Positions 25,950 to 38,309 of a DNA stretch of 64,000 bases are shown here, one piece after another. The notes below the pieces were generated by a model. It was not told the DNA's origin. It did not search any database and saw nothing but the letters and a program-made list of their open reading frames with translations. Both the position numbers and the translations under genes were made by a program. Source of the DNA: Octopus sinensis (Eukaryota); the NCBI RefSeq assembly GCF_006345805.1, contig NC_043001.1:73780001-73844000 (forward strand). Reading direction: 5' to 3'. The stretch's first letter is position 1, and each line of letters begins with the position of its first letter.

Positions 25950-27480
25950 TGTTTAAGAATGTTATTAGTGATGGCTGTTTTCATTGCCTTTTGAGATGTT
26001 GGAAAGGACTGAGGTAGAATGGTAGTTGACGGGATCAGTAGAGTTGCTGCTTTATGGGAATGGGATATAATGTAGTGGTTCAAGAAATTGGAACATATCA
26101 CTGTTGAGAGAGATTAAAGAATTTGGTTAGGATACAGGCTTACTCTGTGGTGATTTGTTTTAGGGTAATGGAAGAGACATTTCTATGGTCAGTGGTTTGA
26201 AATAACTGGAGATGTTTGGTGTATATCTGTATGTTTGTGATGATGAGGCTGATAGCCAGATATTTTGGTGAAGGATTTACCTTATGTATTCAGTGTGGAG
26301 TCAAATTCAAAGTAGGCAACAAATCTGAAAGCTTTCTCTCAGTAAGAGTTCTGTTTACATAACCATGGTGGTTAAGAAGTAGTGGAGAAAAAGATTTTGC
26401 AATATTGGTAGAGATTCTTTTGGCAAGAGACCAAGGGGATTGGCTGTAGTTTGGGAGGCAGGGAAGTTTGATGTTATGTGATGCATAGAGGTATACTTTA
26501 CAATTTGGATGATGGTCTTGCAGGAGTTGGTTTGGCTAAGAACCATCTAGATTGTAAGAGTGGGCATTTTAAAAAAAATTAAATATTGTAAGTTATTTGA
26601 TTTGAATTGCAACATAGTTATGAATGAACCACCTAAGAAATTTTGGGCCATATGAGTTTTTGGTATGTGAGGAGGCATGATGAGCCTTAAAAGATAATTT
26701 CAGTCACCCATCTGTTTCTGATTGGTCAGAAGTGAAGCATCAGGGATAGTAAGTTCAAAATTTGTGGGAGCTTCAACCAGTCAGCTGGCATGAAATGCTA
26801 TAAGATCTGTAAGGTGGGTGAGATTTTATAGTATGTGGGAATATGATGAGTAATCATGATAAAATAGTGGTTGGATAACTTGATAGGTGCAGAAGCTATT
26901 ATGGTGTAATAGTGTTTGGATTTGATGCTGAAAAACAGATCAAACGGTATTTGGGGTGTCTATGTGTTGAGCAGGGATGTTGTAAGATATATAACTAATT
27001 GATGTAGAGTGGAAGATTGCAAAAGATTTAATTTCTTCATTTACAATGCCAAGTAATGTGAAATACTATCCATATATTAATAGTGATTCTGTTTCCATAG
27101 GTCTTGTATAGTAAAGTCTATACAACCGAAACCTATCTGGAATTATCACTTTTGACAAAGATCAGATTAATTTAATATTTACTTTTGTTCTAATGTTATT
27201 TCTCCCACACCACATGCATAATTCCAGTTTTAACTGAGATTTTAGTTATCACCTCTGTCTGCTTTGGTAAGGTTTAAGATTCTCAGTATGGAGAAAGTTT
27301 TGACTGATTCAGGTTTTCAACTAGCTATGTTTGCTTGGTTTTTTACACCATATGGCTGCTGTGTGATTAACCCCAAGGGACCCAGTTTCCCAAGATAACT
27401 GAGATTAAAAAATGCAGGGATGAGGCAAACTGACTGGGATGTGAAGATACTGACAGACAAGCTTTAGTTGTTAATATTTA
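25950..27480 (-). mobile_element. Highly decayed CR1/L2-type LINE (APE and RT remnants)
   Basis: Minus-strand remnants across frameshifts: PIP(K)SSNSTDPVNYHSTSVLSNISKAMKTAITNNILKHL (~25950-26080, RT domain 1-like) and IDTPNT(L)DLFFS (~26930-26970, APE-like). Strong G/T strand skew. Confidence 0.55.
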
Positions 27481-27715
27481 TAGCCTTTTATATAACTTAG
27501 GGTATATATACAATTTCTTTCTTCTGCATTGATTCTTTCTCATCCTCCATTTTTTTCTATTCTATTATTCTGCCACTGTTTAAACCATTATATATTAGTA
27601 AACAGTTTACAATTTGTGGGGAAAAGAAACAATGCTGTGAAAATACCCCAAAAGTAGATTTCTGTTTTAATTTAGACTTTAATTCCTCTTCATTATTAAT
27701 TTGCAATAGATATTT

Positions 27716-27763
<48 letters not shown>

Positions 27764-30700
27764 AATGGCACTTGTGCCGGTGGCATGTAAAAACACCCAT
27801 TACACTCTGAGTGGTTGACATTAGGAAGGGCATCCAGCCATAGAAAACCATACAAAATCAGACTGGATCCTGGCGAAGCCTTCCAGGGTGCCAGCCCAGT
27901 CAAACCATCCAACCCATGCCAGCATGGACAACGGATGTTAAATGATGATGATATATTAGTGAGTAGACAAATGAAAGAAGGGTACTCAACATATTCACCA
28001 GGAGTTACATGTCTGGATCGCGACATGCTTGAAACTCAGAGTACCAAGGAGCAGGAATCAAATTGTTTTGATCCATACACACATACATAGATTCAACTTT
28101 TAGGAGGTATAAGATGCTAGTGTTTTTGGTAGGTTCATCTTTGTTTGATGAAGGCGAGCATTCTGAAACGTTGAAGCTGCTGTCGACCTTTTCCTGGTAA
28201 AAACAGGTGTTCTACCAAAAAGTGTCAAGCAATGCTTCAGTTGAATGTAAAATTGTTTTTTTTAATATATAATTAGACATAAAAATGCACAATAAATATG
28301 AGATACAATTCTTTTATTGGAAGATTGAATCTCAAAGCAAGTGAACCTATAGATAATAGCATGTAAATATTGGGTTACAATTCTCTTTGGATAGAAATAG
28401 GCAAATGTTACTCAGTGTCAAATTAATATATATGTGTGTGTTTGTGTATGTGAGTACATACACACACATACACACACATGCATAAAAACATATATATTAT
28501 GAGTTGAGATTGGTGGATTTGTAGGTTCCCAACTATGTACTTAAGAAAAGGCAATTTTCACAAATTGTTTGGAGTCTATATTTTGTTAGAAAGTAGATTC
28601 AAATAAATTGGTGCTTGGGAAGATATCCTGCTGTGAAACACCTGCTTCAAGAACTCAGATTCATAACCAAGGCTAGTGTGGTAAAAATAGATGATGAAAC
28701 ACATTTTGTGTCTAAAACTGCAACATTAAACTTGAAAGTATTATGTTGTATGACTAATATAGTTGCAGTGCTTTTTAACTTTGTTTCTAAATTGCTACTC
28801 CCCTAATTCCTGTATCTTAATCATACCTTTACTTAATTTTCTTTTAGGATATATTTCTTTATCAATATTTCAAGATAATTATTTTTTCTTATTTATGTTG
28901 TAAATATTGTAGTATTTATTGACTTACTTTTATTTGAATCAACCTTGCATTATTGTGTGTTGGTGGTGGTGGGGATTATTGCAACAACTTTATTTTCTTA
29001 GTTGAGTTGAAATGGAATCCTGTTGGTGTTTGGAACTGCTACCAAATTAGTGCCTCATAGGAGTATGAGATGTTTTGGCACTATCTATTTGATGTTGCTG
29101 ATTTGACAACAGATGTCTTAGTGTTTTTCATTCTCTCCCCTTGTCATCATCATCATTATGTAATGTCCATTGTCCATACTGGCATGGGTTGGACAGTTTG
29201 ATCAGGACTGGTAAGCAGAGGGGCTACACCAGACTCCAGTCTGATTTGGCATGGTTTCTATGGCTGGATGCCCTTCCTAACACCAACCACTTCAAGAGTA
29301 TAACGGGTGCTTTTATGTGTTAACAGAATGGGTGCCATTTGCTTGACACCAGTATCTGTCACAACTATGATTTCACTTAGCTTGATGGATCTTCTCACGC
29401 ACAGCATATTACCAAATGTCTCAGTCATTTGTTATTGCCTCCTTGAGGCCCAATGCTTGAAAGGTGCTTTTTATGTGCCACTGGCACAAGTGCCAGTTAT
29501 GCAACACCGGTATCACCCACATTTCCTCTGTAAGGCCCAATACTTCAAAGGTGTGTTTTATGTGCCAGTTACTTGACAAACCATCAACTTCCAAACAGCT
29601 GCACCCAGTCATCTTGTTCTACCCATATAGAGATATTTTAACAGGTATTCAATACATGAAAGTTTTGTTTGATAATAGCTTAACAAAATAATCTACATAT
29701 GAAGTATGAACAAAAAAATGGTTGAATTCCATGGTAGTGGGGTATGTGTGTGTCCTAGGTGAAAATTTATACACACATATATCATCATCATCATTATCAA
29801 CATTTAATGTCTGTTTTCCATGCTAGTATGGGTTGGACAGCCTGACAGGAACTGGCAAGGCCAAGGGCTGCACTAGGTTCCATAGTCTGTTTTGGCTTGG
29901 TTTCTACAGCTAGATTCCCTTCCTAACACCAACCACTCCACAGAGTGTACTGGATCTTTTTACATGGCATTATCACTAGTGCTTTTTATGTGGCACCAGC
30001 ACCAAGTATGTGTACATGTATGTATTGTGTGTCATCATTCTACATTTGATTTTCCATGTTGGATGGTTGAGTAGTATAGTATTCTTAGTATTTTGTTACC
30101 TATTGCAGTTTTTTGTCTTGCTTCCAAAACAGTTCTTCATCTCGCCGCATTCTTTACCTTGTTACTTGCTGCAGTCCATCATATCACTAGGGGCCTTTGT
30201 TTTCCCATCTGTACAGGTCACTCATCTCTCTCTGTGGTCCTTTGTTTTTTTCTCCTTTTGTTGTTCTTTTTCTCAGCAGCCACTGTAACTCTTAATGACT
30301 TGGCACACACAACATCAGGGGAAAACTGGCCAATGTTGTTGTGTGTGTGTGTGTGTGTGTATGTGTGTGTGTGTCTGTAGTGCACACTGGAGGCATTTTA
30401 ACATGCCATCCTTGCCAAAAATGTTGTCTGCTGATGAATTAATGACATTACAAAGTCCACTGTATTTTGTATCAGTTCTTACTCAGAGTTACTACATTCC
30501 TCCATAGGTAATTTGGGAAGCATCTTGTGGGGTCTGTGTCTTATTATTGTTATGGCCGGATTCCAACCTGGGCCACAGCAACAAAGTCTACCTGCCGTAC
30601 TTCTCAGTCCATCATCACTGCCTTGATGTCCTGGATACATTCCAGGACAGTGTCTGCAATCGAGTTGTCGATTTAAGTGTGACGATATTTTCCTCTTCTT

Positions 30701-33684
30701 ACATCACCATGAAGTGGGTTCCACGACTAATTTGGATGCTTCCAGTTCATATGCTCCAGGTTTTGGCATAGTTCCTATTGCTGCATGTTTGTCTATCTCC
30801 AACCACATTACAGTGTGTATTGGAGGGAATTTAAATATGCACCCAGTACACATTATAGAGATTGTCTGTGGTTGGATGAAGAAGTCCTCTCTATTATGTA
30901 TCAATTGTTTAGAGTTACTGCTTTCCTAAACAAGTAGCCTGCATGTTGTGTTCTATCTCTATCATTCTTTTATTGATTTTGATATGGTTATTTCAACCAG
31001 ATGCACTTTACTTCAGCAATCTATTCCACAGTATGATCTGAAGTTATTTCATTGTACGACAAGCTCTAATGACCCCATCTGCTGTCACCGTAATAAACTG
31101 TCTACACTGCATCATCCAAGTCACTAGGGTTGGAAAGAGTATTGTTGGTGAAGGCTGATTTTCTATAGTTGAATGCCCTTCCTTTTGCCAACCCTCACTT
31201 GTTTCCAAGCAAGATATTTCCCCATGGGCAGGCATGTTTCTCATGGAAGAGTGGAAACGAACAACATTGCTTGTCTGATGTGATGCTCATTCAAAACCAC
31301 CATGTGATGTGAAGACATGGAGAGAGAGACACACACGCACGCACGCACGCACACACACACACACACTATGGGCTTCTAAATTTTAACTTTCACTAACAAG
31401 ACTTTGATCAACCTGGGCTACAATAGAAAAAAAAAAAAAAAACTCACCCAAGGTGTCATGCAGTGGGCCTGAATCTGCAAACACAGGGTTAGGAAGCAAG
31501 TTTCACAACCATACAGTCACTATTCTTTTACTTTGAAAATAAAATCTCAGACTGAACACGTAAATATGCATCCACTTATACATACTCACATTTCTGTAAA
31601 AGTCTGCATTGAAAGAAAGGGATGGCAATGAAAGCATTAGATGGATGAGATCATTTTGGTAAAATTGGTGGTAAAGACGGGGAGGGGTGGTGAAGACAAA
31701 GAGGGGAATGGTTAGAGATAGAAGAACAGTGGTGGTTACACAGTAGACTGGGCAGGAAACAATGTAACATAGTTTAAAGTGAAGGATTGTCTTTGTCATT
31801 CTATTTATTCATCATCCACTTCAAAAATAGAGGTCTTACTTTTTTTCTTTTTCATGTCTGGAAGGTAGAGTTAGGAGTTGTTTGAAAGAAAAGAAGAAAA
31901 AAAGGTTTTGATAAAAACCATACTACTACTTTTAAAGTTGCGGTTGCCGTCTAAATTTCAGAATGATACCTTTGTTTTGTGGTGATAGAATATCTAATTA
32001 AAATCTAAAAATAAAAGTACAAACCCATGAATAAACAAATATAGGTGTAGACGTTGACTATGTGGTTGAGAAGCTTGCTTAGCAGCCATGTAGTTTCGGG
32101 TAAGTCCAGTGTGTATGTGTGTGTATTTTGGTGCAGGTGTGGCTGTGTGGTAGGAAGTTAGCTTTCCAATCACATGGTTTTGGGTTCAGTCCCACCGTGT
32201 GGCATCTTGGGCAAGTATCCTCTGCTATAATCCTGGGCTGAATTAAGCCTTGTGAAGTGAATCATGGAAACTGAAAGAAGCTTGTCTTATACCATACATA
32301 CATCTGTGTATGTCTTTGTGTTTGTCCCACACAACTTCTTGACAGTTGGTGCTGGTTTGTTTATGTCCCTGTAATTTAGTGTTTAGGCAAAAGAGACTGA
32401 TGAAATAAGTATCAGACGTTAAAAAAAATACTCAGGTCAAATTGTTTGGCTTCACACATCAAAATGGTGCTCCGCTATGGCCACAATCTAATGATTAAAG
32501 CAAATAAAAGTTGACAGCTGGTGCTGGTTTGTTTATATCCATGTATCTTAGTGGTTTGGCAAAATAGACCCATAGAATATATAACATTCTTTAAAAAAAA
32601 TTAAGCACTGAGTTCAGTCTCTTGAACTAAAACTCTTCAAGGTAGTGCCCCAGCATTGTTGTAGTCCATTGACTGGAACAAGTAAAATATGAAAAAGGAA
32701 TGATTGATTTGATAAATATTAAATATTTTCAGACAATTGTGTGTATATAAAATTTGTATTGTATGTATATTGTATGCATATGTGTGAAGTATCTTTGTGT
32801 TAGTGAGTCTTAAACATTTCCTTCTTTCTTGGACCAGTTGCTTTTATAAATTATAAACATTTTTATTGTTTCTCCTGTAAATTATTCACTTTCGTCTGTC
32901 TTCATATAACGTTTTAATGAGAAAAACAGATTCTTTTCTATTTTTAATCCTTCCTCATTGTTGCTGTAATGTAGAATTTAATATCTGTTTTATATATGTT
33001 AATGGAGAGCTATCGTAAATCTATCCAAATTCACCTGTCTCCTAATTGTGAAATTTTTCTTTTTCTGTAAGCAAGCCAAAATCTTCAACTTTGTTGTGAT
33101 ATCTGGTTAAAATCATTTCATTTTGCTTACTACCAATAATGTCCTTGAGAAATGCATGGACATAGTGTAATCTCTTTTCCTTTCTCCTTGTTCATCTGAA
33201 CCTTGGTGTGTGTTTATGTGTGTGAGAAAGAGAGAGACAGACAGACTGAGAGAGGGGGTGGAGAGGGCTAATTCTTAGTTTATTTTCATTTAGTTCTGGG
33301 AAAAAGCACTCTCTACTTCATTGAAGTATTCTCAGGAGAGAAATCCTATATATAAGCCAATTCTTAAAAAGTATATTACCTGTAAAATGTCTTGTTATTA
33401 CCCCATCATTCTCTAACATTTGTTCTACTGCAACTAATGTAGCCAATACTTGAAGGAATTCTTCTCTCCAAATTGCTCCCAAGATATTTCCCACGTACAA
33501 TCTGTTTAGAATCAAACTGCTACCCTTACTGTGTTAATTTATCCAATATTTTTGTTTACCTTCTGTCAGAAGGTAAACTTTTTTTCTCACTCCAAGATGT
33601 CATTGGAAGCTGGCTATCCACATACAAATTGTCTCCCACTCCCATCTATCAATTTCAACATAACTAGTACTCTTCACTTTATTA

Positions 33685-33975
33685 ATACCAAATAATATGT
33701 TGCCAGCACTGCCTTGACTGGCTTCCATGCTGGTGGCACGTAAAAGGCACCAACCGATCGTGGCCATTGCCAGCCCCCTCTGGCCCCTGTGCTAGTGGCA
33801 CGTAAAAAGCACCCACTACACTCATAGAGTGGTTGGCGTTAGGAAGGGCATCCAGCTGTAGAAACACTGCCAGATCAGACTGGAGCTTGGTACAGCCTCC
33901 TGGCTTCCCAGACCCCAGTCGAACCATCCAACCCATGCTAGCATGGAAAACGGACGTTAAACGATGATGATGATG
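33685..33975 (+). mobile_element. RTE 3' tail copy, inverted relative to 34518-35050
   Basis: gtggcacgtaaaaagcacccactacactc...ggacgttaaacgatgatgatg. Confidence 0.85.
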
Positions 33976-34517
33976 TGGTTATCTTTTATCCTTTACTTGT
34001 TCAATAATTGGACTGTGGCCATGCCGGGTCACCACCTCCTTGGAGGGTTTTATTCAAACAAATTCACTTCAGCACTTAAGTTTTTATAGTGTTTGATACT
34101 TATCTTGTTTTCTCTTTTACTGAATTGCTAAGTTATGAGGATGTAAGCAAACCAACACCAATTGTCAAGAGGTGGTGCGTAGATGACACAAAAATAAATA
34201 GACATTATATATGTGTGTGTGTGTGTGTGTAAAAAGGTTGAATTTAGATTCGTCCTTTTATTTGGAGGTTTTCAAAAAAGATTTCTAATATTGATTCTTC
34301 ATATTTTGCTGGTAGTTTACAGGCATAAATTTGCAAATATGAAAATGATACTTGTATATGATGTGTTGTGAATTTATGGAAAGGAAGCCCATAAAACTCA
34401 ACAATTTAGTTAAAAATGGAGAAGATGTTAAAATATATAAGAGAATTTAAAAATTCTCTTGTATATTTTAACACCTCTTCTCCATGTTTAACTAAATTGT
34501 TGAGTTTTATGCGATTT

Positions 34518-35050
34518 CATCATCATCATCATCATCATTTAGCGTCCGTTTTCCATGCTAGCATGGGTTGGACGGTTCTACTGGGGTCTGTGAAGCCAGA
34601 AGGCTTCATCAGGCCCAGTCAAATCTGGCAGTGTTTCTACGGCTGGATGCCCTTCCTAACGCCAACCACTCCATGAGTGTAGTGGGTGCTTTTTACGTGC
34701 CACCCGCACTGGTGCCAGACAGCTGGCAAACGGCCACGAATGGATGGTGCTTTTTATGTGCCACCGGCACGAGGGCCAGGCGAGGCTGGCAACGGACACG
34801 AAACGGGGCGGTGCTGGCAACGGTCACGAAACGGAAAGTTCTCTTACATGCCACCGGCACTGGTAACACATCTGCAATTTCCATTGATCGATTTCGATTC
34901 TGATCCTCACTTGCCTCAACACGTCTTCACAAGTAGAGTTTTGTGTCCCAAGAAGGGAAGGTATGCATACGTAGGCTGGCTCCATCCCATGTAGAAGGCC
35001 ACGGGTTGTGGACTCACTTGTCCTGCCGGGTCTTCTCGCGCACAGCACAC
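34518..35050 (-). mobile_element. Young RTE LINE 3' end with (GAT)n tail
   Basis: CpG-rich; ends ...gctgtgcgcgagaagacccggcaggacaagtga, then 3' UTR, then ggacgctaaatgatgatg. Roughly 20 shorter or older copies of this tail occur in the window. Confidence 0.85.
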
Positions 35051-35073
35051 TTTCTTTCCATAAATTCACAACA

Positions 35074-35119
<46 letters not shown>

Positions 35120-36417
35120 TATATATATATGTATGTATGTGTATGTGTGCATGTGCACACACACATACACGCACAATGGGCTTTCACACAGTTTCTGTGT
35201 ACCAAATTCACTCACAAGTCATTGGTCAACCTAAGGCTATAATGAAGACACTTGCCCAAGGTGCCAGTTGGTGGGACTGAACCTATAACCAGGTGCTTGC
35301 AAAGAAAGCTTCTTGCTTATTTTATTTAAAGTCTCTAAAATAATTGTTTCTAGTTTCATTTCCTCACTTCATTTGTTGTGTATCTTGGAAAAGAGTTAGC
35401 AAATATAAATAGCCCACTCTGTAAAGTGGTTAGTGTTAGGAAAGGCATCCAACTTTAAGACCTATTTCAAAGCAGATATTGGAGCTTGGTGCAGTCCTCT
35501 GGCTTACCAGCTCCTGTCAAACCATCCAACCCAGGCCAGCATGGAAGGTAGATGTTAATTGATGATGATGATGATATGTGAAAGAACTTATATTTCTTTA
35601 AATGTTTTATGTATGAACTGGATTAAAATATTAATCCAGAGAGTTTTGTAGTCTTTAGAAATATTTTAAAGAACCTTAATTTTAATATGATTTATACTTG
35701 AAATATATAATGAAATATAGTAATCTAAGAGAGTTTTGTAACCTTTAGAAACGATTTTGATTTTCTGTGAGAAAACCATGGTAAACTGTGTACACAAAAA
35801 TACTTTGTCGTATGAAAGATCATGGGAAGGAGGGTGCTACTTGTGACACTTGCAGGTCACACTATCCTGGATATCTGCAGGTCAGTGTTTGCAAAGGGAG
35901 AATAGGGTAGGAGAAGGCCAAGGAATTATGGAAGATTCACACTTTAGTTTCAAGTATATGCCCAATGTATACACAGAAAATTTAAGATTTTTCAATAATT
36001 CTATGAGCAATTGCTTCATTTTACCCAGAAACAATTATAAAATGCAAATGGAAATTCTCTCTATTTCATTATCAGGAGAAATAAATGTCTTAATAGGTAC
36101 TTTTCTGTTATCTCTTAATAAATAATCAATTATTCATTTATATCAATTGCTTTTTATATCATTTACAGTGGTAATTAAATATATTCAGAAATATGTTGGT
36201 CACATTTAAAATCTAATTTTTATCTATTGTATAATAATCCAGGATAATTACAAATGTCCCATGAACATTCCAATCCTTATTTACCTGTTTTTTGCCTGTT
36301 TGTATTATGTGTGTGTGATTCATTTGTAACTAAAAGCAGTTTAGCTTATCTATGTATATATAATGTAAAATCACTTATTTGAATATATATATATACACAC
36401 TTTTTCTTTCGAAACAG

Positions 36418-36516
36418 GTCAGCTCCAGCGTTGTGTGATAATCCAGAAGGATGAGAAGGGTTATGGGCTTACTGTCAGTGGAGATAATCCAGTTTTTGTT
36501 CAGTCTGTCAAACCAG
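36418..36516 (+). CDS. ARHGEF12: Internal coding exon (99 bp, phase 1-1) encoding the N-terminal half of the PDZ domain of an ARHGEF11/12 (LARG/PDZ-RhoGEF/RhoGEF2)-like protein
   Basis: Acceptor tttttctttcgaaacag, donor CAG|gtaatt. Peptide GQLQRCVIIQKDEKGYGLTVSGDNPVFVQSVKP closely matches the recalled LARG PDZ start GLVQRCVIIQKDDNGFGLTVSGDNPVFVQSVK. Confidence 0.93.
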
Positions 36517-38268
36517 GTAATTTGGTTTATTTAAATATATTGATTATATGTTATTTGTTTGTGTATTCATTTATTATTTTTTATTTACTGTTTCTTAAAA
36601 AAAAAAAAATGTTTTATGAATGTAAGGCTCAGTTGTTTTCTGGATACCTCAATAAGTTTAGATGGAGATCTTTTTCAGCTACCAGTTTGTATCTTTTCCA
36701 AAGATCTGGGTTATCAGAATGAAAGAATGTTACATGAGTGCAGTCTATTTTCGAAGGCAGCCATCCAGGAAAGAAATGTGAACAGATAGAAGTGTTGTTG
36801 CTGGCTATATTTAATGACTAAGAAGTGGTAGCTTTAACTTGAATTGTGTTCTGTGATGGTGTGAGCAACTAGAGTTTGTGAAGCAAACAAAGAAAGTATT
36901 TTTGTGCAGAAAATAGGAATACATTGGTTAAAAATATAAAGAAAAGATATATTACTCTCCACATTAAGGCTGTCTTTGTTTAGGTATTTACACATTTATA
37001 AGTTCCACTTGTTTAATACCTATAATAACCATCTTCAACAGTGCTCGTAATATTTTATATTCTCCTTGCCTTCTATCACATGATGTTAAGCATTTTAATG
37101 TGCATTTTTTTAATGGTGATTGTGTGGGGCAAGCATACTGTGTGTTGCAGAAGTTTGCTTTGCAACCTTCAAACCCAGCTTCTACTGAACAATCTCTGTC
37201 CCAGCACCTATCAAATCATCCAACCACTGTCTTAATCATGACTACGTACTATGCATCAATATGCTACACAACTCCTTCCATCACCTGTTGGTCTCTTGGA
37301 GGCTGGAGGTCTGACTAGTTGGAGGTCTGCCAGTTCTTTGCTAAACTGTATCCGACAGCTAGAGACTACTTGGTGGGTTACTGACACACTCCTCCCAGAC
37401 AATATCTCTCCACATAGCACTCTACCAAAATTCATAACTCTGCATTCCCCAAGTAGTTCATACATACCTGTGGTGCTGCAACAGTTCAGGCAGTGAACAC
37501 AACCTGCAATTCTTTTAGGAAGTCATCTCTATAGACTGGATGATTTGTACCCACTACTTACTCTACCAACTTGGTAGTATTCTTCTTCCTGTCAGTTCTC
37601 AACCATATTGGATCTGGAAATAGTATTATCATGAAGAAAGCCTCCACCTCCACTAGCCATTTTACTTGCACTCCACATTGTACACACTGAATAATACAGT
37701 CAGACTCCATTCCTCAGTCACTCTGCATTCTACAGTTACTCTCCACCTCTATCAGACTCTCTGTTGTGTACATATACATACCTGAGATAAAAGCATTTTT
37801 CATTGCTAAAATCGAACAAGTCTAAGCCTACCTTCATCTTTTGCACCCAAGTGTTATCCATATGCAACCTAGACACTGCAGTCTGACCCTACATGGACTC
37901 CATAAACAGAGAACATACCAGCTCCTTCAGCCAGGGTGGGGTGGTGGTGGTAGTAAAAAAAAAGCATGTGGTTCTAGGTTTGATTTAATTGTCCTGCATC
38001 TTGAGCAAGTGTTCTCTACTATAACTTTGGTTTGACCAATGCCTTAACAAGCTATATAGTGACCTGAATAGTGCTGGTGACAAGAAAAAATCACCCAGTA
38101 CACATTATATAGTGGTTGGTTTTAGGAAGGGCATCCAGCTGCAGAAAATGTATGTCAAAGCAGACACTGGAGTATGATGCAGTCCTTGACTCATTGGATC
38201 TAATCGAACCATTCAACCCATGCCAGCATGGAACATGGACATTAAATGATGATGATAGTATGTGTGTA

Positions 38269-38309
<41 letters not shown>

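Noticed and set aside
28145-28190. TTGATGA...GAAACGTT hammerhead-like spacing
   Set aside because: C3 is missing, stem II barely pairs and there is no adjacent stem I. At best a very old relic.
34590-34615. CTGATGA followed by an agcc/ggct hairpin on the minus strand of the RTE tail
   Set aside because: No GAAA follows the stem, and other tail copies lack CTGATGA.
36517-36722. ORF 36435-36722 continuing past the PDZ motif
   Set aside because: PDZ similarity ends exactly at the CAG|gtaatt donor; the rest is low-complexity intron read-through.
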